Source: Octopus bimaculoides
Taxonomy: Eukaryota
Assembly (NCBI RefSeq): GCF_001194135.2
Contig: NC_068984.1
Span: forward strand, 69,949,524-70,013,523
DNA length: 64,000 bases
Direction: 5' to 3'
The position numbers and the translations under genes are program-made. A model generated the notes under the pieces. The model was not told where the DNA came from. It was given only the letters and a program-made list of their open reading frames with translations, and did not search any database. Shown piece by piece: positions 24,401-37,479 of this stretch. The stretch's first letter is position 1. Each line of letters begins with the position of its first letter.

Positions 24401-24523
24401 AAAATGTTTAAATTGCCCAACAAAATCTCAAATCACCACCACTTTCTAGAAATTCGTCCATCAGCCACCTGTAAGTTGAAATCGCCCACCAGTGGGTGAT
24501 ATCGCCCACTTTGGGAAGCTATG
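21483..24523 (-). mobile_element. Full-length dead hAT transposon (Buster/Charlie type)
   Basis: Termini cagtgtttcccaaa and tttgggaagctatg; TSD ccttagag (21475-21482) / ccttagac (24524-24531), 7/8 identical with the central TA typical of Buster elements. Confidence 0.92.
21994..23662 (-). pseudogene. hAT transposase (ZBED8/SCAND3-like), stops and frameshifts
   Basis: MPPVKKIC*QYSSDYLSFGF, BED finger CLLC..HLKYHFDAKH, STQVDE, CVSDGAP, HCLAYRQH, PTSYLVECGF. Confidence 0.92.
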
Positions 24524-24729
24524 CCTTAGACAATGGCCATGCTGGGGTATCACCTAAGTTAAACAAATTGATTCAATTACTTATTTTTCAAAACTTGGTA
24601 CTTATTCTAGTGATCTCATTCTGAACTGCTAAGGTACAGGGATGTAAACAAACCAACATCAGTCGTCAAGTGGAGGGCAAACACAAAGGACACCCGCACC
24701 CTCATACACACATATATGTATGTGAGTAC

Positions 24730-24780
<51 letters not shown>

Positions 24781-24784
<4 letters not shown>

Positions 24785-25422
24785 ATTGAAAAAATTGAAG
24801 TCAACAAGAAGGAGTATGGTTGGACAGTTATTTTTTAATCACTTGAATTGTTTCCACCCAACGTGGTTCTCCAAAATTACAGGTATTTGATTATGCAACT
24901 GTTTGTTTGCATAATGAGATCCAGTTATATTTCTTCAGGTGATATTCAAGTGTTGTCTCTGTTAGTTTCAAACTTTCAACTTCAGAGCCATCCCATCTGT
25001 CCATCTTGGCTTGAATTTTGTAGCATTTGGTAGATTCATGTTGTTTGCTGCCAGAGTGTGTTTGCTGGACTACAATATGTGGTAGTGGATGGCTGTTTTG
25101 GTACTGGATGATCACTGACCTGTTCTTCATGGTTGGCTGCACATGTGAATTTTATTAGCTGACCTTCAGTATTCAGTTGTTGGATACATACACACATGGA
25201 CACACAGGGACTCCCACATGTCCTCCCCCACACACACAAACAAACCTATGTATATATGCCTGTATACACACACAGATATACTCACATATACACACATACA
25301 CATGCATTCATATACATACACATATACACATGTATTTTTGGAGAACCACATTGGGTGGAAACAATTGCAGTGATTATAAAATAACTATCCTTCCTGTTGA
25401 TACTAATTTTTTAAATTTTATA
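24781..25422. mobile_element. Tails-out ~90-bp inverted repeat carrying hammerhead halves (PLE pseudo-LTR-like)
   Basis: 24781-24880 is the imperfect reverse complement of 25332-25422. Confidence 0.65.
24838..24943 (-). ncRNA. Degenerate type I hammerhead with long stem II
   Basis: ATCAC-CTGAAGA (24938-24932)...GAAA-C-AATT-CAA-GTGAT; the partial inverted copy at 25358-25374 reads GAAA-C-AATT-GCA-GTGAT. Confidence 0.5.
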
Positions 25423-27624
25423 TTCACACACAATGAATACCCAAACATAAACCTGGAAGTATATAATAATGCTCCTGGATAGTAATGGGTAATTCTGCCT
25501 AATACTGTACTGTGCCACGTTCCTAACAGAATATACCATAACAATAAGTGTGTATGTGTGTGTGTGTGTGTGTATGTGTGTGTGTGTGTGTGTATACAGA
25601 CAGACACACACATATATATACAGTGAGATTCTTTCGGTTTTTGTCTACCAGATCTACTCACAAGGCTTTGGTAGGCCTGGGGCTATATTAGAGGACACTT
25701 GCCTAAGATGCCATGTTGTGGGATTGAATCTGGGACCAAGTGGTTGGGAAGCAAACTTCTTATGACAGAGTCATATCTGCATCTAATACAGGATTATTTA
25801 AAATCATTTTCTCTCTCTTGAGTGGAATCTGAAATGCCAAAATAGATATAATGTTGATACTCGTACAAGTTTAAATTCTGTGCAAGATTGTCCCCGCTAA
25901 ATTTCATGTAAGGAATGAAAACTACCAAACGCACCCATCCATATTTTGAAGTTGTTGATTTGTAAATATTATTTTGGAGTAAGAGTCAATATAGCTAAAA
26001 CATTCGATTACATTGACCCTTTATATATTTTATATCATCAACAAATTTTATTTCATCATTCCACCATCTTTATGTCATCATTCCATCACATAAAGACTTC
26101 AAAATTTGAGACAAGTATCTCTTCATTCTGAGGATAGCTAAATCTTTTCTTCCTTCCATTCATTGTGAACTTGAAATGGATCATAGTTGCAATCTTTCCC
26201 TTTTAGATTAAGCTATAAAAAAAATCCTAGATGCCTTGACTACATTTGATACATTTGACAACATTTGATTTTCTCCTTTAAGGAAAAGGCAATTGAAGCC
26301 AAAAGAGAGAATAGAGGTGAGGATAAAGTTTCTTGCTCTCAACAAGTCTATCCTTAAATTCTTGCAAACAGGCAAGATTCCATTAAATGCAACTAATGGC
26401 TAGATATTGTTTGGGAACTAAGTAACAACAGTGAAGATTCTGTCTATGAGAACTAGAGAAGAATGAACTAAGTATGTAGTTCTTTGGTTGTACAGAGAGA
26501 AATAGTGGTCATACAATGAAAGTGTTTTTAAGAGTTGCCAAGCGTTTAAAACATCACTTAATGCATACATAAGAATGGACTCTTAAGAAGCAGAGTGCAA
26601 GCAGATTTTGCAAAAGTATAAAGAAATATGGCTTGAGGTTTGATTCCATTTTAATGGTACCCTAAAGGTTGGTTACTTAGAAAAGAAAATTTTACGTAAG
26701 ATTTTTAAAATCTTGTAAATACTTGCTGTCAAAACATTGATGTCTGTGATACACCCGTAACCTAAGTTACCAACAAAATCTAACATGAATTTTTGGCCTC
26801 AAGTGTGACTTAAATTTTTAAGGAAGTATATTGAAAATTTCTATATGCTGCACTTGTTGAAGAGATGTAAAAAAAAAAAAGTAATATGGCAATGTTGTCT
26901 TGGGCAACTGTAATCTATGAAACATGAAAGTAAAGAATTTGGAGCGCATAAGGTTAAAGAAAACTTCAAAAATACTGTCGCCTCAGAAAATAACTACCTT
27001 CAACAAGAAAGACTAAAAGCAAGTAACTGAGTTGAAGATATTTAAGGTTGATAATGTCAGTGAATTTAGAAAGCACTCCTTATTTCAAAGAACAAATATT
27101 ATGATATAATGTTAAAAGTAGACTAAATAATGGAAAATGAAAATAAGAAATAGAAAATGGAACATCCAACTATCAGATCTAAGGTTAGAAATCAATTTTG
27201 TGCTGGAAGCAAATGAAATAAAATGAAAGCAAAATAAATTCCACATTCTTCTATGTTAGAACAATGAATGATAAAATATTTATTTTTAAATAAAGCAAAG
27301 TAGGTTAAACAATTGGTGGTGGTAGCAGCGGGAGGGTAGAACCTGATCAAAATGATGTGAACATACTCGTATTCAATTGCAATACATGGAAAAACTATAT
27401 TCAATTCCTAACGGAAAATAATGTACATGAAATAATGAGAGAGAGATAAAGAAATGGAAAGGCAAGGGAAAAAGAGAGAATCTAATTGATGACAACCTTA
27501 TTGAGCATATGAAACAAATGTCAAACCATTTTACTTTGCTCATTACATAACGAGAGTATAAAGTAAAGAGGAACAAAGAGGAAATATTTTTGTGATGTGA
27601 ACGTGAAGATTATGAAACAAGACT

Positions 27625-27641
27625 ATATATATATATACATA

Positions 27642-27674
<33 letters not shown>

Positions 27675-27677
27675 TCA

Positions 27678-27745
<68 letters not shown>

Positions 27746-27755
27746 NNNNNNNNNN

Positions 27756-27791
<36 letters not shown>

Positions 27792-27821
27792 GTGTATATG
27801 TGTGTGTGTGTATGTGTATGC

Positions 27822-27866
<45 letters not shown>

Positions 27867-27935
27867 GATATATATGTGTGTGTGTATATACAGAAACACA
27901 CTCAAATTCAAACATATACATACAAGTATACGCAC
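27625..27935. repeat. Compound (TA)n/(CA)n/(TG)n microsatellite with N gap
   Basis: Direct reading. Confidence 0.95.
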
Positions 27936-29074
27936 ATACGTATGCGTGTGCATGTTGGAGTGTCTCTAGAATAAGAAGACTGATGGAGGATGTTATACTG
28001 CTGAACATATTATTGAGGAAAGGAAAAAAGATGTAAAGTATTTAGTGAAGTCAAGTATAAGGTAGAAAAAGCAATCTAAAAAGTTTTTCAATAAGAAAGC
28101 CAACCAATGGAAATTTTACTGATAGCTTCTGTCACATCAAAGATATGTATACAATATCACATATCTCCTGCACTTCTATATAGCTAAAAGCTGAGCAAAA
28201 CAAACAGAAGACACTTGCACAAGATAATAATTTAAAAACTTTGGCAAAAAGCCAATCTGCTTCTTGGTTCAAGCCCACCACCTGGCTCTTGCATACCTTC
28301 AGTGGAATCCACACAGTTGCAAGTATTTGAACCACATCTTCACTGAGTAAAACTTATCCCCTAGCTTCCAACCAGCTTTCGGGACCCTAGAAAAGGTTAG
28401 TAGATGCTGCTCTTCCGTCTCAAAGTAAACTCTGTTCACCGTCATTCAGAATACAGAATCTAAATGAGATTTGCATTCTGAAAGTAGGAAAACTAAACTA
28501 AATACTGTAAAGGATTTAGTTTGATATCTATTTCTATCATTCAGTCTCTCCCAGGAATAGAGATAGTATTGATTTCTAACACTGATACAAGACTGTATAT
28601 TTTAGAGAAAGGTTTATTCATTTAGTGAAGGTATATGACCAAGTGGCTAGGCTATTGGACTCATGATTGTAAGGTCAAGGGTTTGACTCTCATATTAGAT
28701 GGTATCTCATGTTCTTGGAGAAGGTACTTCCTTTCATGATACTCTGGCAAACTCTGCTGTAGAGTAGCACATCAAAAATTATTATCCCAAAACACTTTGG
28801 CTACTTCATCAAACTGGATGATGGCAGTCAATAAAGCAATTGCAGTTTATAGAACCAAGAAGGAGCAAATGCAAAATTGATTGGGAAAATTTGAGTTCAG
28901 CATAAAATCTAGGAACAAATACCACAAGACATTTTGCTTGTTCTAATGATTCTGCAAGTTGTCACACATGACCACAAATTTAACGAAAGAATATAGTTGC
29001 TTTAAGAGATATGGCTAAAATGCTGCAAGTTACATTAGTTTGATGCTTTAATGATTCTATAAATCCATCACTAA

Positions 29075-29490
29075 TATTCTTTCTGCTATAGGTACAAGAC
29101 CTGAAATTCTAGTGGGCAGGGTAGTAGTTGATTACATCGACCCCTGTGCTCAAATAGTATTTATTTCATTGATCCCAAAAGGATGACATGTGAATTTGAT
29201 CTCAGTGGAATTGTGAACTCAAGGATGGAAGAAATATTGCTAAGCATTTCATTTGGCATGCTAACAATTCTGCCTTAAATCCACCATTAATACCAGCACA
29301 AAGCCTGTAATTTTGGGGGATGAAGCAAGTCGATTACATTGACCCCAGTAGTCAACTAGTACTGATTTTATCAACCTCATAAGGAGGAAAGGCAAAGCTG
29401 AACTCAGTGGAATTTCAACTCAGAATGTAAGGAGAGAAGAAATTTACTGCTAAGCATTTGCCTTGCTAACAATTCAACCAGTTTACTCCC
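29075..29490 (-). mobile_element. Two SINE family C copies in tandem
   Basis: The gattacatcgacccc...gaactc...gctaagcattt block occurs twice (~29075-29275, ~29290-29490). Confidence 0.75.
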
Positions 29491-29972
29491 TTGAATCCAC
29501 CACTAATTTCTAACTCTGACACGAGACCAACGTTTAAAAAATGGATATTGATATTAAAATAAGCTACCGTAATTGAGTGATGCTGATTTTATTGATGACA
29601 TTTAGACGTATGAAAGGCAAAAATCAATCTTTACTAGATTTCATTTCAGAACTTAGAGATGAAACTATGATTCTGAAAGGCATATTCTTCAGTGATCTAC
29701 TGATTCTATCTTACACTATCCTATTATTAATAATAATGATTAATACAATGTCATAGATTTATATATTCATTCACCCTGTCCAAACCTCTGTTCATATTCT
29801 TGTAACTTGAGGGTACACTGTGACACCTCTTCACCATCTTCTTTCCTTTCCAAACTAGGATCTCCTGGGACATGTGGCATCAATTCAAATGCTACTGATA
29901 CATTTCTGGTAATATATTTTATTACTAAATGTGGGTATCTTGATTTTTAGTAAAATTCACTGAATTTCTCTA

Positions 29973-31352
29973 CCAGGGTGGGCTGAAAAGTTTATGGGCT
30001 GACTAGGAAGGAGTAATGCTTGAGCTGTGAAATCTTGCATATAGTAATTTCCACACTTCTCATTAATAACTGCATTGTTTCCTTCCAAATAAACTGACAT
30101 GTAACTCTTCAAAGAAAACTTCAAAAGTAACTAGTAGCGGCTTCACTTGGACAAAAGTTGGCATTTAGGGGCTTAGCCCCTAAAGTGTACCAACAGTTCA
30201 AAAAACGGAAGCAGTGAACTTAAGCTTTTATTTGCTTACACTTCGACCAGCTCTTAAAAACAATACACATTCCTTAATTTATACTTATTCAGTAAGACAC
30301 AAATATACACTATCAATATCCAGCACAAATTCACATACTCAAACAAAAGAAGAGTCTACATATTTAAACAAATGAACCAATATATTCACCTGATTAATAT
30401 TGAATTCACTCATTTTTACTTTCCATTTAATATTCTAATTACATTTTATTATAATTTAAATGCACAAAGTCAGATGAAACGGGTTCAAATTCTATTTTAG
30501 GTAATCAAACGACTGCATCTGAGAACTATAAAATACATCAGAAAGCCTTTCTATAATCTACATAATTGCATAAAATCCCAAAAGTCCCCAAGGTTATTCA
30601 TGCTCACATAGTTGCTACTTTAGGGGATGGTGCTCTAGCTCCATCAACTGTGCAAATGGGGGTGGTTAAATTTAGGTGGGAAAGAAAGAGAGTTGAAGAT
30701 GACCCAAGGCCTGGACGTTCTACAACTGCTACCACTGACGAAAACATTGATCATGTGATGGATGATAGGCGATTGACTATAAATCAAAGAGCCAATGCTA
30801 TAGGCATATCTTGTGAGAGAGTTGAGAATATCCTGCACAAAGAACTTGGCATGATGACAGTTTCTGCTCAGTGGGTACCACATCTCCTGACACCTGTTCA
30901 AAAGCACACTAGACTGATTACATCATAGGAAAATCTAACATTGTTTGAGGCAGATCCAGTTAGTTTCCTTGATTACTTTTCTTTCCCAGGATGAGTGTTG
31001 GGTTCATCACTTTGAGTCAGAGGCAAAGAGACAGTCCATGCAGTGGAAAAACTCCTCTTCACCTGCTCCAAATAAGACTAGGGTCATTTCATCTTTTCCC
31101 CAACATGAAAGGAACACTTGGTTGGGAACCAGTATCACAGTGATGATGAAATCATATCTGCTGTTGATTTTTTTTACTAAAAGGCGTAGGAGTGGCTGTG
31201 CGGTAAGTAGCTTGCTTATGAACCACATGGTTCCGGGTTCAGTCCCACTGCATAGTACTTTGGGCAAGTGTCTTCTACTATAGCCTCGGGCCGACCAAAG
31301 CCTTGTGAGAGGATTTGGTAGACGGAAACTGAAAGAAGCCCGTCGTGTATAT

Positions 31353-31386
<34 letters not shown>

Positions 31387-31723
31387 CTGTGTTTGTCCTC
31401 CCCAACATCGCTTGATAACCGATGCTGGTGTGTTTACGCCCCCGTAGCTTAGCAGTTCGGCGAAAGAGACCGATAGAATAAGTACTAGGCTTACAAAGAA
31501 TAGGGCGTGGGGTCGATTTGTTCGACTAAAGGCGGTGCTCTAACATGGCCACAGTCAAATGACTGAAACAAGTAAAAGAGTAACAGGGATCCAATGGGAT
31601 CCAAGCAATGGAAGAAGTGTGTGAGATGCAAAGGGCACAATGTTAAAAATAAAAACAGACCTCATTTGGTAACATTTAATGAAAGTATGGTAATCAGTCT
31701 ATGAACTTTTCAGCCAACACTCT
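29973..31723 (+). mobile_element. Dead mariner transposon with TA TSD, internally deleted and carrying two insertions
   Basis: TIRs ccagggtgggctgaaaagtttatgggctgac / tcagtctatgaacttttcagccaacactct flanked by TA; transposase remnants EDDPRPGR, VSAQWVPHLLT, SQDECWVHHFE, KKCVRCKG. Confidence 0.85.
31182..31582 (+). mobile_element. tRNA-derived SINE family B inserted in the mariner
   Basis: aggcgtaggagtggctgtgcggtaag (A box), ccgggttcagtccc (B box), internal (TA)n, (GTAAAAGA)n tail. Confidence 0.92.
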
Positions 31724-32562
31724 TATGTTGTAAGGGGTAGCTAAAAGGGTTAGTATCATCAATGGTATTTAGCTGTAAAAGATTACCTCAAAAAGTCCCG
31801 TTCAACTTTATGCTAGTATGGAAAAGCAGATATAAAAATTATAAAAATGATGATGATGATGATGATGATGATAATGATGTCAACAAAGATTATGATGACG
31901 AAGCTTTTGGAAGAATGAAAGCCAAAATCAACAATGAGAGAACTGGATCTGAAAACATAAACGGACCTAATTAAATACTGCAGAATATTTCATTCAGAAT
32001 GCTATTGTTTGTGTCAGTCACAAGACTCAATGGGGAAACCTCTATGTAGTTGCTTGAACTGCCAGAAATAGTTGATTATACTAAGAAAAAAAATGAAGGA
32101 CACATTTATTAATGTAGTCATGCACTGCTATATACACATACTCCACTAAAACATACTGACACCACACTCCCTCAAAACTGCTTTCAAACGTAGATACCCT
32201 CCTATACTTGCCTTTATTGCACCCACCTTTCCATCTCTTCCTGACTCTCTCATATAGGACACCATTCTCACCTCATTTCTAACACTACACCTTATTTTTT
32301 CTCTTTCTTTCATTTACTATTTCTATTTCACATTCCCTTTATCACTCTCTCTCTCTTTCTTCTGGTGAAAGACTAATGTCTGGAAAGTTTAACACACTTT
32401 CTCTGTCTATTAAAGGGTTAAGCTAACATGCTATTTGTTAAACTTTTTCAGTCCCTTCTGTATTTCCATTCTTTTTTTTATTGTTTATTTTATCTTATTT
32501 ACACTATATATCATCATCATCATTAATATCAATTTTTCAATGCTGACATTTAATTTTCTCTC

Positions 32563-32564
<2 letters not shown>

Positions 32565-32599
<35 letters not shown>

Positions 32600-32667
32600 C
32601 TCACTCTCTCTCATTCTCACTCTCACTCTTACTCTATCTATCTATCCTACCTATCTATCTATCTATC

Positions 32668-32735
<68 letters not shown>

Positions 32736-32750
32736 ATATATATATATATA
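32565..32750. repeat. (TC)n-(TCTA)n-(TA)n microsatellite
   Basis: Direct reading. Confidence 0.95.
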
Positions 32751-33884
32751 AGTACATACACACATTTATACAAAACATCTTTGAGAACACATGGCTTTTA
32801 CCAAAATATCTTCACGAATAATAATAATAGTTTCTATCATGAACGAGAAGTGTCAGCTTTAGAAGGATGAGTGCAATTGACTTAATTGACAGCCACCAAC
32901 CTAATATTTATCAGCAACTTATCTTAGCTACCTTGGGAGGATGAAAAAATAATGATTTTTTTAAAATTGCTTCAGGACTCACAACATTTATAGGAGAGGA
33001 GTAAAGGCAACCAGATAAAGAGCATTGTATATCTCTGGTACTTAATGTTTTCAGTTGACAGAGTTAAGTCCAATAGAATGCATTGAAATATTACTTCTAA
33101 TTCTCAGTGTTCTGGGTTTCAATCTCATTAAGTTCAACTTTGCCTTTTACTCTTTTTCTGTTGGCAAAAAAAAGTACCAACTAGTGCCATCTAACGGTAT
33201 GGACACTGTGGGCAGTGACCCAGGGGAAAGGCTTCATGGGTCAAGAAGCCCAATTCTAATTTATGTATTCTGTGGTTTATTGTCAATAAATAACTACTTT
33301 ATGACCCAATACATGGATTTGCCTGGGGGCCTATATTGCCATTAAGATAACCGTGGTAACATCTCAGTGTTGATGCAGCTTGCTCTTCTTCCAGCTGCTA
33401 CATCCTAGATGTTCTGCAGTGTTAAGGTTGGAAGAGCAAAAAAGATATATGAGTTTGGTCACAGTCACATGAGCATCTAAAATATTTTTCAAAGGTATGC
33501 TATATGTGGCTAAGTCATCCAAGATTAAAAGTGACAATGGTTGACCCTTAAGCATTTAAGCTGACAATATTTGATCTATACATTCTACCTGTTTTATGTT
33601 CAAATTGATCACACCCAGCCTCTCACACCTACACTACAATGTCAATCTAGAAAGAAATAGTCATACTAACATCTTAAAACTATGTGATAATTCGTGATTC
33701 ACAAAGTGAATAAATAAGAATTACATTTGACAAAGTGATCTGAATGCTAAATGATTGAAGGAAATGAGCATCCAGTTGTGTGATTGACAGAACTACCTAC
33801 TTGTTAAATGTACATGTAAGTAACTGAATTTCCACTGACTTGTGCATGTCTAATAGTAATTCTCTTTATAATGAGTTTGGATTT

Positions 33885-34085
33885 TAAGGCCAGCAACTTT
33901 CTAAGGGAGATGTTGACAGTCAATTACATAGATCTCAGTTCTTGAGTGGTATTTATTTTATTGACCCCCAAAAGGTTGAAACACAAAGCTGACTTTGGCA
34001 GAATTTGAACTCAGAATGTAGAAAATTGGAAGAAATGGTATTACATATTTTTCTCACTATTTATAAGACACTAACGATTCTGTCA
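33885..34085 (-). mobile_element. SINE family C, diverged
   Basis: caattacatagatctcag...ttgaccccc..aaagctgactttggcagaatttgaactcagaatg. Confidence 0.7.
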
Positions 34086-36139
34086 GCTTTCTTGTAGGAA
34101 TGTACATATCATATGATGTGTTAATTATAAGCAAAAGTACATAAATGATGAATGGAATGAAATACATACAAACATGACACAACTGTACATGAATACACAA
34201 AACATACAGATACATTAACATACACACATACATACAGACATACATACACACATACATATACACTAAAAGCGACATTTAACAAAATTTATCTGTCAGCACG
34301 TGTAAAAATTATGAACTAATTTACAATGTGTGATATTAGTTAATCTAGAGTAGTGCTTTGTACTGTGTAGGCATCATGGACTTAAAACTATGTTGTGATT
34401 GAATTGTTTTTGTCTTTGTTTTTAAAAACATTGTTTACGATGCAATGTATGCTTAATATATTATCAGAGAGATGGTATACACATACATTACATTCATGGA
34501 TACATACGTGAAATGCACACACACATGCAGACATGCAAAGAGATGCAAGCACACAAAAATATCTATAGATTACACATACAGAACCAGCAGACTTACAAGT
34601 ATGCATATATATTGCAATTTATTTTTTTAAAAAAATATTGTTTACAATGTTAGACGAAGTAAAATAAATTATCTAAGATACTGACATACACATACATTCA
34701 CATGCACATACTGGAATAAAAATGCAACTACACAGACAAATATCTAAATATGTATTTACACATACAAGCAATAAAGTTTACAAATACAGAAACACATGCA
34801 TTCACAATTTGAATCAAGAACGGAGCATCAGCGCAGTTGTTTGAACTGCTAGAAATAGCAGATAAGTTTTCCTCAAATTAACCCAACCATCTTAAAAAAA
34901 GATAAAGCCACATTATATATATAATGTAATCTTTAAAAAAATGTCTCAGAAAAATATGTAAAACTCAGAGATGGAAAGGTTTTTGATTAGGTGTCACTTC
35001 ATCAGCGCTGACCTGAGTTTAAACACTACCAGCACCTTGTTGGTAGTTGATTAAGGCCAAAATATCTAATATGTGATTATAGCTTCCCAAGGCATTAATC
35101 AATAAGTAATATAAATATTTATCAAACTCAAATGATAACTTTGTCCACCAAGCTACAGGAATAAAACACCTGGTGAAGATCTAATACTGAATTGATTGAA
35201 ATGAAATATAGTTACAACGATTGTAAATATATACTCTAAAGGTGAGATTAAAAGCCCAAAAGATTCTAATTTTCCGAATGGACACAGTGACACACATTTT
35301 TAATATGAGCACAAAGACATAAATTTCTAATTAGGATGCAGGCATGCAAATTTCTGTTATACAAGCAGAGCCATAAATTCTTAATATGAACATAAAGGCA
35401 CAAATTTCTAATATGGTTATTGTAACCATATTACACATTTTATGAATATGTAAAATGTGTTTGTTGAAATATATACGTATATAACAACATCCAGCATGAT
35501 TTCAAAAAATTTGCCAGCCAAACAAAATGGTCTTAATCTGAGAAAGAAAATTGAAAATGATGTCTAAAACTCCCGGATTGCTAAATTAGTGTATTTATTT
35601 TTATTTTTGAAAATTTCTTTCGAATCACTCAAATTCTGCAAACATGCTAACCTGTTGTATATTTTTTAATGTACACACACACACACATTCTAATTCTTCA
35701 ATTATATGCAGATGGTTTTCCCAAATGGATTGACTTTCATGCAGTTTTGACTCTGTTTTTCCTTTCCATCCATTACCTGAAACCCTATTGAGGATGCAGA
35801 GACAGAAAAAAAAGCAATATATATATATGGAATGCATGAAGAAGAGAAGATTGACATAGCAGCTTTGTATGTTGAGAACATAGAATAGGAAATTTGGTTT
35901 AGTATTTCTTAGGAATGAATCTGTTTTACTATTAAGTTGTTTTTCTAATTGACACATACATATCTAACAGCAGCATCAGTATCAAAAAGCAAGCACTGGG
36001 AACAAACCAACTTATAAAAATAACTATTTTTAATAGAGTCACAAGGCAAGAAATTTGGGGTGTGGTTTAGTTAACTTAACTGGTCTTAGTTACTCCTGTA
36101 CAATCAACTTGTACATTGGTCAACAATATGTCTCTAGTA

Positions 36140-36430
36140 ATCCTGGTTTTGAGTATAATCATTTGCATCTTCCTGGTGATGTTTCAGATCTTTGAAGGTG
36201 GTGCACCATATCTTCTTGGATTTAGCTTTCTCTCTTAATCGTTCTGGTCGTATCCATTGTATAGTTGTCATTGGTATTCATTCTTCTGGTAGTTGGAAAG
36301 CATGTCCTTCAAATTTTACTGTTCTATCCACCACAGTTTCCCATAGACTGCACAGATTGGCACTTCTCAGGACTTCAGAATTCGTGATTTTATTCCTGTC
36401 AGTGCTCTTGAATATTCTGTGTAGACACTA
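36140..36430 (-). pseudogene. RTE-type LINE ORF2 C-terminal fragment
   Basis: CLHRIFKS..ITNSEVLRSANL..GHAFQLPEE*IP...KSKKIWCTTFKDL resembles the RTE CLRRIL..ITNEEVL..GH..R.PK motif. Confidence 0.6.
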
Positions 36431-37059
36431 ATTTGTGGAATGCATTGAATCCCTAGCACTTTATTTTACTGACCCCAGAATGAAGAAAGACAAAGCTGAC
36501 CCTGTCAGGATTTGAACTCAAAATGCAAACATTTAAAGAATTATGAGAAGGTAATTTGTTTGATGATCTAATGATTCTACCAAGATTGCATTTTTAAGTT
36601 CCACAATCTATTTACTATTTGCTCTCAATCTAAACTATAAACTATTTACTTATATTACATTTAGAGTCTCCATCAGCGAACGTTGACCATGCATATGCAC
36701 TTGTAAGTAAAAGCTGAGCAAGATTTTTATTGGAAGACTAGCATGCAAGCCCAAGTATGCAAATCTCACTGCTCCATGCTATTTATGTTTAACCATAAGG
36801 GTTGCCAACTTGGATAGATACAGTTTGGTACTGGTGTCATCACAAGAACTATTGTCAGAATGTACAGAACTAGAACAGACACTGGATGACACATTGCTCT
36901 CCATCTTCTCACAGTTCTATTAATCCATTGCTCTGGATTGGTACCTTTTTACTGACCTTGGTAGGTTTTGAACTCAAAGCACAGTGAGACGTTCTAACCA
37001 ACATTATAATTACCCTGAATACTGGAGATAAATCATTGTAAATATGATCATAATTTGTT

Positions 37060-37350
37060 TCACATTCTGCCGAGGTCAACTTTGCCTTTCATCCTTTTGG
37101 GGGTGGATAAAATAAATACCAGTTGAGTAATGGGATCAATGTAATAAACTCATCCCAACCCCTGAATTTGCTGGTCTTGTGCTAAAATTTGAAACCAATT
37201 TGAAGATAATTTGTTTTAAATGTCACTAAGGTCGACTTGCCTTTCATCCTTTCAGGGTCTTTAAAATAAGCACCAGTTGAGTTCCGGGATCATTGTAATT
37301 GACTTACCCCTTCCTCTAAAAAATTTGTGGCTTGTTCCAAAATCTGAAAC
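37060..37350 (+). mobile_element. Two truncated SINE family C copies in tandem
   Basis: gaggtcaactttgcctttcatcctttt...accagttgag...aaatttgaaacc occurs twice. Confidence 0.75.
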
Positions 37351-37479
37351 CGTTATGATAATAATTTGTTAGTCTAGTAAGCTCATCTTTGGAGCCGAAT
37401 ATAATGAATAGTTTTATTAATATTTACATCTGTCCTAAGTAATATCCTAGTTTAGTAATGCATTTTGTGTTACTCTTAG

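Larger units (their letters stand above)
21440..25772 (-). mobile_element. One SINE family B copy split by the hAT and by a PLE-like insert
   Basis: Tail at 21440-21482 resumes at 24524-24720; head at ~25625-25772; the spacer microsatellite is interrupted at ~24781-25500. Confidence 0.7.

Noticed and set aside
25960-27100. Possible very old LINE RT (AKTFDYID, GTLKVG-like words)
   Set aside because: Only isolated motif-like words at the wrong spacing.
28297-28477. Minus-strand exon-like segment with strong splice sites and two in-frame TGA (also 16279-16495, 12640-12705)
   Set aside because: No consistent phase chain or known homology; a multi-selenocysteine or editing interpretation has no support without RNA data.
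31182-31260. tRNA-like heads with A and B boxes (families B, C, E)
   Set aside because: They continue into SINE bodies and do not close a cloverleaf with an acceptor stem, so they are not tRNA genes.
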